A stretch of DNA of 64,000 bases, taken from the NCBI GenBank assembly GCA_016218025.1, contig JACRFD010000070.1:2745-66744 (forward strand), in the 5' to 3' direction. The translations under genes and the position numbers were made by a program. Source of the stretch: Ignavibacteriales bacterium (GTDB lineage: Bacteria > Bacteroidota > Ignavibacteria > UBA10030 > SZUA-254). This document shows positions 9,646 through 19,977 of the stretch, piece after piece. Within the stretch, counting starts at the first letter, position 1. Every line of letters begins with the position of its first letter. The notes under the pieces are model-generated. The model had not been told where the DNA came from. It was given only the letters and a program-made list of their open reading frames with translations, and ran no database searches.

Positions 9646-10263
9646 ATGCTTAAAGAAATCCTAATTCAAAACTTACGCGTTGTATTTGTAGGAACGACCG
9701 TAGCGGAAATATCGGACGAGCTTGGGTTTTACTATCTGTCGCCCAAAAATCGATTTTGGGAAATGCTGGAATATGCCAACATCACACCAACAATAGTTAT
9801 CTCTCAATCTGATCGTAAAGCATTAGCAGATGCTAAACATACAGGAGTACTTAACGATCTGTATAAGCAATTTTTCTTTGAGAAGAAGGAATCGGCATTG
9901 TTAAAATGTCGCATCGGTTTAACCGACCTCAACCGTCGGCTTGTCGTCAGCAAAGAAGATGACCCCTCTGCAGAACCCACACCCGACGATATCCAAAAGT
10001 TTATAAAGAAAATAGAAAAGTACAAGCCGAAGATTGTCGCGTTTGTAACAAGTGTGGAAATTTTTGAGAAATGTTTTAAGCGTCTTTATCCTACCGCTAC
10101 GCGTCAACGGGGAAAACAGGATTTCATGATCGGCAATTCCGAAGTCTGGCTGCTCGGCAGTACCAGCGGTCGAGTAAAAGATGCAGACGCGATGGAGCAG
10201 GTGTTTGGAGACCTTGCTGATCGGCTTGGTAGTATGGAAAAAGAGGGGTCAGGTGTAATCTAA
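9646..10263 (+). CDS. Uracil-DNA glycosylase superfamily protein (Mug/TDG-like)
   Basis: 'LRVVFVGTTVA...NRFWEML' and 'WLLGSTSGRV' resemble the two active-site blocks of family-2 UDGs. The usual GINPG motif is divergent. Confidence 0.5.
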   Translation: MLKEILIQNLRVVFVGTTVAEISDELGFYYLSPKNRFWEMLEYANITPTIVISQSDRKALADAKHTGVLNDLYKQFFFEKKESALLKCRIGLTDLNRRLVVSKEDDPSAEPTPDDIQKFIKKIEKYKPKIVAFVTSVEIFEKCFKRLYPTATRQRGKQDFMIGNSEVWLLGSTSGRVKDADAMEQVFGDLADRLGSMEKEGSGVI

Positions 10264-10472
10264 AATGCGGTCTTAAGGCGGTAGCCGAGATCTTCGGATG
10301 TTGTCTTCAAGGTAATGTTTTCAGATTGCGTTCCCTGCTCTGTTTAAGGTGTCTAATAACTGAATATTCTCGTTAGCTCGAGATTTACGCGAAAAATCTT
10401 ATAGTAACAGCCACTTTGAAATAATAAAATGTAGATAGAATTTATTTTGAAAAGTCTTTTCAAGATGCTACA

Positions 10473-12884
10473 TTGGTATTAATGTCAGAGATGAATCGAA
10501 AATATGTGGGGATAATGCAGAACGTCCCTGTGCTTTCTTCATTATTCTCAATATTTATGGGTGGATTTGTTATCATTGGGTGGTATTTTGATATTCAATT
10601 TCCCAAAAGCATTTCATCGCAATACATGGCGATGAAACCGAATGCGGCGTTAAGTTTTATACTAATCGGATTTGCATTTCTTTTTCAACAACATAAATTT
10701 TTTCTGGATAAAAAATATTATCAGGTTCTATCCAAGCTCTTTCTTTTTCTTGTAGTCACAATTGCTGCTCTTACATTAGTTCAGTATCTGTTCTCTATAG
10801 ATATCGGAATAGACCAGATTATTTTTAAAGAACAGACAGATGCAATTGCTACCTTGGTTCCCGGACGGATGCCGTGGAGTGTTTCAATAAATTTTTTCTT
10901 ACTCGGTTTGTTTATACTTTTTAATCAGAAAAAAGAAATATCAAAAAATATACTTCATTTATATGCAATGATTCCGGCTATCGTATCAGTCATTGATCTG
11001 GCAGGTTACATATTTCGCACAGAGCATATTTATGGCAAGTTTTATAATCAGATGGCAATCCACAGTGCTGTGACATTCATACTATTCTCCGTTGGTTTAC
11101 TGGCATCCAGACCTAACGAAGGTATAATGAGAATAATCGTAAGTCAATCTTTGGGTGGAATAACCCTCAGAAGATTATTATGGGGCGCAATACTCATACC
11201 TGCTGGTTTGGGCTGGCTTCTACTTCAAGGGTATTATAGCCATATTATTGATTTTGAAGAGATGGTTGCGATTTTCGGACTTACCGGGATGGGAATTCTT
11301 TTTTTCGTTATCTGGTCGAATACAAGATTGCTGGATCGCATTGATAAAGAAAAAATAGCCGCGGAAGAAAAACGGATTCAAAGTGAACAGAGGTATAAAA
11401 CTTTAATCGCGGAAATGGGGGAGGGGTTGCTCCAGACAGATTTGAATGAGAATATTGAATTTGTAAATCAACAATTTTGCTCGCTCCTCGGATACACTAA
11501 AGAAGAATTAATCGGACAAAGCGCCCAGATATTATTTTCAACTGAAGATTGGGATATAATTACTTCAAAAACCGCTCTTAGAATCAGAGGATTTGCCGAT
11601 AGATATGAAACAAAAATGAAACACAAAAGCGGTGAAAAAATCTGGACGAGTGTAAGCGGAGCTCCCCTTATTGATTCGAATAATATGATCAGTGGATCTG
11701 TTGCAATAGTTGCAGATATTGCTGAAAGAAAAAGAATCGAACAACTCAACGAAGCAATTTACAAAATCGCTTCTGCTGCCGAAAAAGCTGTCGATTTACA
11801 AGATCTGTTCAAAGCAGTTCATCAAGTTATTTCACAAGTAATGCCGGCTAATAACTTTTATATATCGTTATATGATCCCAAAATTGAGCTAATTAGTTTT
11901 CCTTATTTTGTGGATGAGATAGACAGTCCTGAATTACCTCGCAAGCCGGGGCACGGATTAACTGAATACGTCTTAAGAACAGGCAAATCACTTCTATGTG
12001 ATGAAGCAAAAAGCCTTGAACTTATGGATAAGGGTGAAGCAGACGTTATTGGAACTCCATCACCTATTTGGCTCGGTGTTCCATTAATAGTTGACTGGAA
12101 AACTATTGGTGTTATGGTTGTGCAACATTATTTCGATCCACGTGCATACAGCGAACGTGAGCAAAAAATGCTTGAATATGTTTCTGATCAGGTTGGAAAA
12201 GTTATCGAACGCAAGAAAGCCGAGGTAGAGCTTGCTGAAAGTGAGAAAAGATTTAGAAATTTATACGATAATGTCCCAGTTGGAATTTATCGTACAACAC
12301 CGGATGGAAAAATTTTAGGTGCAAATACTGCTTTGATAAAAATGATGGGATGTTCTTCGTTTGAAGAATTATCCTCTTTGAATCTTGAAACAGAAGGTTA
12401 TGAAGATCCGGGTAAACGAGAAATCTTTAAAGATGTATTGGAGGAAGTAGGTACTATTCAGAGGTTTGAGTCAACATGGAAAAGAAAAGATGGATCTGTA
12501 ATTTATGTAAGTGAAAATGCAATTGCAGTCAGAGAACATAGCGGCAAAATTTCTTATTATGAGGGAATGGTGGAAGACATCACAGAGCGGAAAATTGTAG
12601 ACAAAGAAAGGGAAAGACTTATCTCTGAATTACAAAAAGCAGTTGCTGAGGTGCAGGCGCTAAGCGGACTTCTTCCTATATGTGCATCGTGTAAAAAGAT
12701 TCGTGATGATTCAGGTTACTGGAACCAGCTTGAATCATTTATCGAAAGCAAAGCAACAGTCCAATTTAGTCATGGCATATGTCCGGAATGTATGCAAAAG
12801 CTCTATCCTCAATATTACGATCGCATTCATCCGAAACAACCTAAGAAAGAAGATCCTGCTGAACCAACATCTGAGAATCATTAA
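10473..12884 (+). CDS. Membrane sensor: polytopic N-terminal domain, PAS, GAF, PAS, then a C-terminal four-Cys module with no recognisable enzymatic output
   Basis: About 8 TM helices (aa 20-290). PAS ('MGEGLLQTDLNENIEFVNQQFCSLLGYTKEEL'). GAF ('ANNFYISLYD...IGVMVVQHY'). Second PAS ('FRNLYDNVPVGIYRTTPDGKI'). Terminal 'LLPICASCKKIRDDSGYWNQLESFIESKATVQFSHGICPECMQKLYP'. The start is TTG at 10473 or ATG at 10482. Confidence 0.8.
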   Translation: MVLMSEMNRKYVGIMQNVPVLSSLFSIFMGGFVIIGWYFDIQFPKSISSQYMAMKPNAALSFILIGFAFLFQQHKFFLDKKYYQVLSKLFLFLVVTIAALTLVQYLFSIDIGIDQIIFKEQTDAIATLVPGRMPWSVSINFFLLGLFILFNQKKEISKNILHLYAMIPAIVSVIDLAGYIFRTEHIYGKFYNQMAIHSAVTFILFSVGLLASRPNEGIMRIIVSQSLGGITLRRLLWGAILIPAGLGWLLLQGYYSHIIDFEEMVAIFGLTGMGILFFVIWSNTRLLDRIDKEKIAAEEKRIQSEQRYKTLIAEMGEGLLQTDLNENIEFVNQQFCSLLGYTKEELIGQSAQILFSTEDWDIITSKTALRIRGFADRYETKMKHKSGEKIWTSVSGAPLIDSNNMISGSVAIVADIAERKRIEQLNEAIYKIASAAEKAVDLQDLFKAVHQVISQVMPANNFYISLYDPKIELISFPYFVDEIDSPELPRKPGHGLTEYVLRTGKSLLCDEAKSLELMDKGEADVIGTPSPIWLGVPLIVDWKTIGVMVVQHYFDPRAYSEREQKMLEYVSDQVGKVIERKKAEVELAESEKRFRNLYDNVPVGIYRTTPDGKILGANTALIKMMGCSSFEELSSLNLETEGYEDPGKREIFKDVLEEVGTIQRFESTWKRKDGSVIYVSENAIAVREHSGKISYYEGMVEDITERKIVDKERERLISELQKAVAEVQALSGLLPICASCKKIRDDSGYWNQLESFIESKATVQFSHGICPECMQKLYPQYYDRIHPKQPKKEDPAEPTSENH

Positions 12885-13609
12885 CCTTTGAAAAGCTGTA
12901 GCGAGAAAGGATCTCTCACCCCGAGCGGTTCAACAGAAAAAAATGGTTCCCCGTATTTTACTCCTATTTGCTGACCGTAATATTTCATTCGTGTATCCAT
13001 AAAATCGAGGAAAGATTTTTGACTTAAGAATGTCTCAGGATCTTTTGATTCAGGGTTGAAGAATTGAGATTTATGAGCTTTTATCGAATTTACTCTTATC
13101 TCATATACATCGGAAATATCAACAATAAACGAAGGTGTGAATTCATATTTCTGCTGATAATGAAAATATTTATGAGGCCTCCAGGCAGGAAGTTTTTTTC
13201 CGTAAGTTCTTACTTCGATTTTTCTCAAGCCCGAATAATACTGAGCTTCACGGCAAAGATAATGAGCGTGGACATGATCGGGATGCCTCTCCTGCCAGTG
13301 AGGTATTAAAATGATCTCTGGTTGATATTTTCTGTATATTTCAATGATTTTTAACTTATTTTTCTTATTTACCTCAACATCTCCATCCGGAATGCGGAGA
13401 TTATCTCTTACTTTCACACCTAAAATTTTCGCAGCTTCCTTAGCTTCCAAACTTCTTATTTTCTTATTTCCGCGTGTGCCAAGTTCACCTTCGGTTAAAT
13501 CTAAAATGCCGACTCTATAACCGAGCTTCACGCATTTTGCAACAGTTCCTCCGCAAGCCAGTTCTACATCATCCGGATGAGCACCAATAGCTAATAAATC
13601 TAATTTCAT
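12881..13609 (-). CDS. bshB1: Bacillithiol biosynthesis deacetylase BshB1 (PIG-L/LmbE family)
   Basis: 'LLAIGAHPDDVELACGGTVAK...GILDLTEGELGTRG' matches the N-terminus of BshB1/LmbE. The HxxH region reads 'HPDHVHAH'. Confidence 0.8.
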   Translation of the reverse strand: MKLDLLAIGAHPDDVELACGGTVAKCVKLGYRVGILDLTEGELGTRGNKKIRSLEAKEAAKILGVKVRDNLRIPDGDVEVNKKNKLKIIEIYRKYQPEIILIPHWQERHPDHVHAHYLCREAQYYSGLRKIEVRTYGKKLPAWRPHKYFHYQQKYEFTPSFIVDISDVYEIRVNSIKAHKSQFFNPESKDPETFLSQKSFLDFMDTRMKYYGQQIGVKYGEPFFSVEPLGVRDPFSLQLFKG

Positions 13610-13714
13610 TTCTTATTCTTTCTTGTTAAAATATTTTATTGAATATATTGATAACTTACTTAAAAGGCAATCGTTTGATTATAATCAGCGGTTTGAATAT
13701 ATTACAGAAACCAG

Positions 13715-14899
13715 ATGGCGATCAAAAACATACTCACAGTCAGCGAACTTACTCGTCGTTTAAAGTCTCTTCTTGAAACATCTTTCACAGACTTAACAGT
13801 GGAAGGTGAAATATCCAACTTTAAGCGGCATTCATCAGGCCATATCTACTTTACACTAAAAGATGGAAATGCTCAGCTCCAATCTGTATTATGGAGAGGA
13901 CGGGCAGCACATTTGCTTTTCACTCCCCAGGACGGTATGAAAGTAATTGCCAAAGGCAGTATAACCGTTTATGAACCTCGCGGGCAATACCAGTTGGACG
14001 TGGTTTCTTTACAACCTCTCGGTATTGGCGATTTACAAATGGCGTTTGAAAAATTGAAACAGAAATTATCTGAGGAGGGATTATTTGATCAGGAATTTAA
14101 AAAGTCGCTACCGGAATACCCTTCTAAAATCGGAATTGTGACATCTCCCACAGGAGCCGCATTGCAGGATATTCTGAATATATTAAACAGGCGATTCCCT
14201 GCATTAGAAGTTTTACTCTATCCGGTAAAAGTTCAGGGTGAGGGTGCCGCGTCTGAAATTGCTCAGGCAATAAAAGATTTTAATAAACATTATGATGTCG
14301 ATTTAATTATAGTCGGCCGGGGCGGAGGATCTTTGGAAGATCTTTGGGCTTTCAACGAAGAGATTGTAGCTCGTGCAATTTTTGCATCGAAGATACCTGT
14401 TGTTAGTGCTGTGGGACATGAAATTGATTTTACTATTTCAGACTTTGTTGCGGATCTCAGAGCTCCAACACCATCTGCTGCAGCAGAATTGATAGTTCGT
14501 GATAGAGATGATATTATTGATAATATTCGTAATTATTGTTATACTATGGAACAAAATATCAGGTCTATTTTCGATAATCGAAAAGAAAAAATATCTTCAC
14601 TGTTGTTAAGTTATTCATTTAATCAACCAAAAGATTTATTGAGGCAATATTCTCAACGTATTGATGAACTCGAAAGATACTTAGATCAGTTCGTTGATCA
14701 TAATATTTCAATTCAAAATGAAAAGTTGACTTCACTTTCAAAAAGAATCGCCTCATTAAATCCGAAGTCAGTGTTACAGAGAGGGTTTACAATAATTTAC
14801 CGGAACGGCAAGATTATAGATCGGGCTATAAAATTACACCAAGAAGATGACGTGATAATTAAATTCCACGACGACGATAAGCCGGCCAGAATATCTTGA
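13715..14899 (+). CDS. xseA: Exodeoxyribonuclease VII large subunit
   Basis: OB-fold N-terminus 'LTVEGEISNFKRHSSGHIYFTLKD'. Catalytic core 'IIVGRGGGSLEDLWAFNEE'. Followed by xseB. Confidence 0.9.
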   Translation: MAIKNILTVSELTRRLKSLLETSFTDLTVEGEISNFKRHSSGHIYFTLKDGNAQLQSVLWRGRAAHLLFTPQDGMKVIAKGSITVYEPRGQYQLDVVSLQPLGIGDLQMAFEKLKQKLSEEGLFDQEFKKSLPEYPSKIGIVTSPTGAALQDILNILNRRFPALEVLLYPVKVQGEGAASEIAQAIKDFNKHYDVDLIIVGRGGGSLEDLWAFNEEIVARAIFASKIPVVSAVGHEIDFTISDFVADLRAPTPSAAAELIVRDRDDIIDNIRNYCYTMEQNIRSIFDNRKEKISSLLLSYSFNQPKDLLRQYSQRIDELERYLDQFVDHNISIQNEKLTSLSKRIASLNPKSVLQRGFTIIYRNGKIIDRAIKLHQEDDVIIKFHDDDKPARIS

Positions 14900-14909
14900 T
14901 AAGGCATTT

Positions 14910-15152
14910 ATGAAAAAACAAAAAAGTGACGAAGGATCTTTCGAGGCAAACATGAAGCGGCTCGAAAATATTGTTGAAACTTTGGAAAGCAGCAACATAC
15001 CGTTAGATGAATCGATTGCTCTTTATGAAGAGGGGATTAAAGTATCAAAATATTGCATCGATAAATTACGTTCAAGCGAGATTAAATTAAAACAGTTGAA
15101 AAAAGATATCGATGGAAAATTGGAATTGTTTGATGTTGATACTGAAGAATAG
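14910..15152 (+). CDS. xseB: Exodeoxyribonuclease VII small subunit
   Basis: 80 aa. 'FEANMKRLENIVETLESSNIPLDESIALYEEG' is the typical XseB helix. Adjacent to xseA. Confidence 0.9.
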   Translation: MKKQKSDEGSFEANMKRLENIVETLESSNIPLDESIALYEEGIKVSKYCIDKLRSSEIKLKQLKKDIDGKLELFDVDTEE

Positions 15153-15160
15153 GAACATTA

Positions 15161-17047
15161 ATGCCCTCACTACTATCTGAGATAAATTCTCCCGATGACC
15201 TTAAAAATTTAGAACAATCCCAGCTAAAGACGGTTGCGGATGAGTTAAGAGAATTCATTATTGATAAAATCTCCCAATCGGGAGGGCATCTTGGGGCCGG
15301 ATTAGGTGCAGTTGAACTCACTATCGCGCTACACTATGTCTTCAATACACCTGTTGATAAACTTATCTGGGATGTAGGCCATCAAGCATATCCGCATAAA
15401 ATACTCACAGGCAGACGCGATCAATTTCATACCATTCGACAGGGTGGCGGTTTAAGTGGTTTTTTAAAACGAAGCGAGAGTGAATATGATGCTTTCGGTG
15501 CAGGTCATGCAAGCACTGCAATTTCAGCCGCACTTGGTATTGCAACGGCTCGTGATCTTGCGGGTGATAATTATTCTGTGCTGGCTATTGTAGGTGACGG
15601 GGCAATGACCGGAGGAATGGCATATGAAGCAATGAACAACGCCGGTTTGCAAAAAAGGAATCTGGTTGTTGTATTCAATGATAATAATATGTCTATAGCC
15701 CAGAATAAATGGGCTTTCTCAAATTACTTTACTGAACTTATAGCCAATCCTTCTTACAACAAACTTAAATCAAATGTGTGGGAGATTACAGGTAAGTTAG
15801 ACTCACTCGGTGATCGGATCAGAAGAATAGCTTCACGTGTTGAAGAAGGGATAAAAGTTGTAATCACACCCGGAATTTTATTTGAAGCATTGGGATTTCG
15901 TTATTTCGGCCCGATAAATGGACATAACATTCCACAACTCATAAAAATATTCAAAGAGATTAAAAATCTGTCAGGTCCGATTTTAGTTCATACTGTAACC
16001 CGCAAAGGAAAAGGATATAAACCTGCTGAAGAAGACGAACAAGCACTACACGGTGTTACTCCCTTCGATAAAGTAACGGGCCAATCGACAAAAAAGACAA
16101 CCTCTAATCCGACATACACCGAAGTATTTGGAAATGCTCTTGTTGAATTAGCAAAAGAAAATCAAAATATTGTAGGAATTACCGCTGCAATGCCCGACGG
16201 AACAGGTTTGGATAAACTGCAAAAAATATTTCCCAATAGGTTTATCGATGTCGGAATAGCAGAACAACATGCAGTTACTTTTGCCGCAGGACTTGCTACA
16301 CAAACTTTTATTCCAGTAGTTGCAATATATTCAACATTTCTTCAGAGAGCATTTGATCAAATAGTCCACGATGTTGCATTGCAAAATCTTCATGTAATTT
16401 TCGCATTGGATAGAGGTGGTATCGTCGGAGCCGACGGACCAACTCATCATGGTGTACTTGATTTTGCTTACTTGCGTAGTATCCCGGGAATGGTAGTCAT
16501 GTCACCTAAGGATGAAATTGAATTACGTAATATGTTGTATACAGCAGTTAAATATAATTCCGGTCCTGTTGCAATTCGGTATCCAAGAACTCAAGGTTCT
16601 GGAATGTCTGTCGATAAGCCGTTTCAAAAGTTAGAAATCGGCAAAGCTGAAATAGTTCGTCATGGAAAAGATATTGCAATTCTTTCAATAGGGAATATGG
16701 TTAACCATTCACTCGGGGCAGCAGAATTATTAATTCAGGAAAGTTTTGATCCTACAGTTGTAAATATGAGATTCGTTAAACCGATTGATGAAAAAACACT
16801 CTCCGATATTTGTAAAAAACATAAAATAATAATTACGATTGAGGATCACTCAGCAAGCGGAGGTTTTGGAAGTGCAATATTAGAATCAATTTCAAAAAAT
16901 AATTTTAAAGATATTTCTGTAGTCGTTCATGGTATCCCGGATACTTTTATCGAACATGGAACTATACCGGAACTTCATAAACAACTGAAGCTTGATGCAA
17001 AAGGTATTGCATCATTGGTTAAGGATTTAATAAAAACTAATCGTTAA
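15161..17047 (+). CDS. dxs: 1-deoxy-D-xylulose-5-phosphate synthase
   Basis: 'GGHLGAGLGAVELTIALHYVF', the TPP-binding 'GDGAMTGGMAYEAMNNAG' and a length of 628 aa. Confidence 0.95.
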   Translation: MPSLLSEINSPDDLKNLEQSQLKTVADELREFIIDKISQSGGHLGAGLGAVELTIALHYVFNTPVDKLIWDVGHQAYPHKILTGRRDQFHTIRQGGGLSGFLKRSESEYDAFGAGHASTAISAALGIATARDLAGDNYSVLAIVGDGAMTGGMAYEAMNNAGLQKRNLVVVFNDNNMSIAQNKWAFSNYFTELIANPSYNKLKSNVWEITGKLDSLGDRIRRIASRVEEGIKVVITPGILFEALGFRYFGPINGHNIPQLIKIFKEIKNLSGPILVHTVTRKGKGYKPAEEDEQALHGVTPFDKVTGQSTKKTTSNPTYTEVFGNALVELAKENQNIVGITAAMPDGTGLDKLQKIFPNRFIDVGIAEQHAVTFAAGLATQTFIPVVAIYSTFLQRAFDQIVHDVALQNLHVIFALDRGGIVGADGPTHHGVLDFAYLRSIPGMVVMSPKDEIELRNMLYTAVKYNSGPVAIRYPRTQGSGMSVDKPFQKLEIGKAEIVRHGKDIAILSIGNMVNHSLGAAELLIQESFDPTVVNMRFVKPIDEKTLSDICKKHKIIITIEDHSASGGFGSAILESISKNNFKDISVVVHGIPDTFIEHGTIPELHKQLKLDAKGIASLVKDLIKTNR

Positions 17048-17067
17048 ATAAGATAAGAAGTGATGAT

Positions 17068-18090
17068 ATGACCGATGAAAATAAACAGCGTAAATTGAAA
17101 CTCGGCGTTATCGGACTCGGCTGGGTATCACAGATATTTCATTTGCCTACTATTATCAAAATGGATGATGTTGAGATAGTGGCTGTTTGTGATAAAGATA
17201 AATCAAGAGCAAAATTCATTGCTGAACGGTTTAATGTTCAAAAAGTGTATACTGATTATAAACAAATGCTGGCTAAAGAAGAATTAGATGCAGTGGATAT
17301 TTGTACAAGTACAGATTCTCACTTGCAAATAACACTCGATTCTTTAGAAGCCGGAAAAGATATTTTTGTTGAAAAGCCTATTGCTCGGCATTATCATGAA
17401 GCGGTTCAAATATCCGAAGCGGTAAAACAACACAAACGTAAATTAATGGTAGGAATGAATAACCGCTTCCGACCTGATACAATGATTCTGAAAAGTTTTA
17501 TTGAAAAAGGAGAGATAGGGAAAATATTTTACGTAAAAGCCGGATGGCTGAAAAGAATCTCGCCCGACAATAAGTGGATGACTCAAAAAGATAAATCGGG
17601 AGGAGGCGTATTCCTCGATTTGGGTATCGTCATGCTTGATATGATACTCTGGCTGCTTGGTTTTCCGCCTGTTCAAAGAGTAAATGCAAAAATGTATATG
17701 CATAAGACGAAGAGCGTTGAAGATTCGGCTATTGTTTCCCTCGAAGTCAAATATGGGATATCATTAGTAATGGAAACAAGCTGGTCGTTTCATTGCGCCG
17801 AAGATTACTTCTACTGCAATCTTTATGGATCCGAAGGAAGTGCCATGATAAATCCTCTCAGGATTTACAAACAACTGCACGGCAATCTTGTTAATTTAAC
17901 TCCAGTCAAAACAGAATCACCTTTGAATTTGTTCAGAAAAAGTTATGAACTTGAATTAAAACATTTCGTTGGCGCTGCCAGAGGGCTGCATCCAATAATA
18001 TCCAATGGCGATGAAGCTGTTCAAAGAATGAAAGTTGTGGAAGCAATTTATCAATCTGCACAAAAAGGAAAAGAAATAAAATTAAAGTGA
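17068..18090 (+). CDS. Gfo/Idh/MocA family oxidoreductase
   Basis: N-terminal Rossmann 'LGVIGLGWVSQ' and 'VEKPIA' motifs. Confidence 0.8.
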   Translation: MTDENKQRKLKLGVIGLGWVSQIFHLPTIIKMDDVEIVAVCDKDKSRAKFIAERFNVQKVYTDYKQMLAKEELDAVDICTSTDSHLQITLDSLEAGKDIFVEKPIARHYHEAVQISEAVKQHKRKLMVGMNNRFRPDTMILKSFIEKGEIGKIFYVKAGWLKRISPDNKWMTQKDKSGGGVFLDLGIVMLDMILWLLGFPPVQRVNAKMYMHKTKSVEDSAIVSLEVKYGISLVMETSWSFHCAEDYFYCNLYGSEGSAMINPLRIYKQLHGNLVNLTPVKTESPLNLFRKSYELELKHFVGAARGLHPIISNGDEAVQRMKVVEAIYQSAQKGKEIKLK

Positions 18091-18881
18091 AATCACCGCC
18101 CGTAATAGCATTATTGACAGATTTCGGAACAATGGATGCTTATGTAGCATCGATGCGGGGAGTAATTTTATCAATTGCACCAAACGCGACCATCATAGAT
18201 ATTTCACACTCAATTGAACCTCAAAATATTGATGAAGCTGCATATATTATTTGGACTACATTCCGCTACTTTCCCAAAAATACTACCTTTATCTGTGTCG
18301 TTGATCCGGGAGTAGGATCGAACAGGAATATTATCTGCGTTGAATCAAAAGATTACAGATTCATTGCACCGGATAACGGTTTGTTAAAATATATTCTAGG
18401 TTCATTGCATAGGCCCAAGGTGATTGCGGTGAAAAATAAAAATTATTTTCTTCCGCAAGTTAGTACTACTTTTCACGGCAGGGATGTTTTTGCTCCGATT
18501 GCCGCACAGTTGGCAAAGGGCTTATCGTCGTCAAAATTAGGACCCGAAACAACACCATTATTCCATGCAGAACAATTCAAAGAGGTAAATTTAAAATATA
18601 ACGACGAATATAACGGTTCAATTATTCATATAGATTATTTTGGAAATATAATTACCAATTTTTTGATAAAAGGTGATCAGAAAAAAACATTCAAACTCAA
18701 AATTGGAACTGGATATATAACAAAATTATTTTCATCTTATGCCGATGCTCCAACCAAAAAACCTTTTTTGATAATCGGTAGTTCAGGTTTACTTGAGATT
18801 GTTGTGAAAAATGGTAATGCAAGCAATTACGTTAAAGCTCCTGTTAAAAGTAATTTAAAATTGACAATCAGCAATGGATAA
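18087..18881 (+). CDS. SAM hydroxide adenosyltransferase (DUF62, fluorinase/chlorinase-like) family protein
   Basis: 'IALLTDFGTMDAYVASMRGVI', 'VVDPGVGS' and 'FHGRDVFAP' blocks. The start overlaps the upstream stop. Confidence 0.8.
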   Translation: MKSPPVIALLTDFGTMDAYVASMRGVILSIAPNATIIDISHSIEPQNIDEAAYIIWTTFRYFPKNTTFICVVDPGVGSNRNIICVESKDYRFIAPDNGLLKYILGSLHRPKVIAVKNKNYFLPQVSTTFHGRDVFAPIAAQLAKGLSSSKLGPETTPLFHAEQFKEVNLKYNDEYNGSIIHIDYFGNIITNFLIKGDQKKTFKLKIGTGYITKLFSSYADAPTKKPFLIIGSSGLLEIVVKNGNASNYVKAPVKSNLKLTISNG

Positions 18882-19977
18882 GAAGATATTGAAAGATCAG
18901 CTATTCATGCTCGAGGCATTATCGCTCGCACAGAAGGGTGCAGGAAGAGTTGAACCAAATCCAATGGTTGGAGCTGTAATAGTTAAAAACAATCGCATTA
19001 TCGGAAAAGGTTATCATCAATATTTTGGTGGCCCGCATGCCGAAGTAAACGCCATAGCAAATTGCTCCGAATCAGTGTCTGGTTCAACTATCTATGTAAA
19101 TCTGGAACCCTGCAATTATCACGGTAAGACACCACCTTGTACAGATCTGCTGATTAAAAATAAAATCAAGAGAGTTGTTGTGGGTTCATTGGATCCAAAC
19201 CCTTTAGTAGCAGGAAAAGGTGTTGCTCAACTTAGGCGGGCAGGGTTGACTGTTCAATTAAATGTCTTGAAGGAGGAATCTGAAAGACTGAATGAGGTAT
19301 TTCGAAAATATATCAGAACAAAAATACCATTTGTTGTTATCAAGATTGCTCAAACACTCGATGGCAAAATAAGTGATTCTTATAACCGTGCAAAATGGAT
19401 TTCAAGTAATGAATCTAGAAAATTCGTTCATTCTTTGCGTTCTCAGTACGATGCTATTTTAGTTGGTGCAAATACTGTAAAAATTGACAACCCTAGTCTC
19501 ACAGCTCGAATTCCGAATGGCAGAAATCCCATACGCGTTATTTTGGATGGTAATTTTAGCACATCACTTAAGTCACGATTATTTAATGATCGCAAATCAA
19601 AAACAATCATAATAATATCAAAATCTTCAGGATTGAAAAATAAATTAAAAGTGAATAAATTTATCAAAGCCGGAATTGAGGTCATACAATTAGCCGAAAT
19701 CGAGAGAGGAATAATCTCAACAAAAAATATTTTGAATACTCTTGGATTACTATGTATAACATCAATTTTAATCGAGGGTGGTTCAAATGTTATTACACAA
19801 TTTATAAAAGAAAAAACTGCCGACAAGATTCTCATTTTTCAATCTCCCCAAATATTAGGGGCAGGACTTAATTCAGTTGGGAATTTAGGAATTAATAATA
19901 TCAAAAACAGTATAAACTTAAAAAAGATAAGTTCATTTCAAATAAAAGACGATTTGCTGATAGAGGGATATTTTTAA
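18874..19977 (+). CDS. ribD: Bifunctional riboflavin biosynthesis deaminase/reductase
   Basis: Deaminase zinc motifs 'HAEVNAI' and 'PCNYHGKTPPC'. C-terminal reductase domain. Confidence 0.9.
   Translation: MDKKILKDQLFMLEALSLAQKGAGRVEPNPMVGAVIVKNNRIIGKGYHQYFGGPHAEVNAIANCSESVSGSTIYVNLEPCNYHGKTPPCTDLLIKNKIKRVVVGSLDPNPLVAGKGVAQLRRAGLTVQLNVLKEESERLNEVFRKYIRTKIPFVVIKIAQTLDGKISDSYNRAKWISSNESRKFVHSLRSQYDAILVGANTVKIDNPSLTARIPNGRNPIRVILDGNFSTSLKSRLFNDRKSKTIIIISKSSGLKNKLKVNKFIKAGIEVIQLAEIERGIISTKNILNTLGLLCITSILIEGGSNVITQFIKEKTADKILIFQSPQILGAGLNSVGNLGINNIKNSINLKKISSFQIKDDLLIEGYF

Noticed and set aside
18700-18900. FMN riboswitch upstream of ribD
   Set aside because: The ribD start overlaps the preceding gene by 8 nt. 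There is no leader in which a riboswitch could reside.
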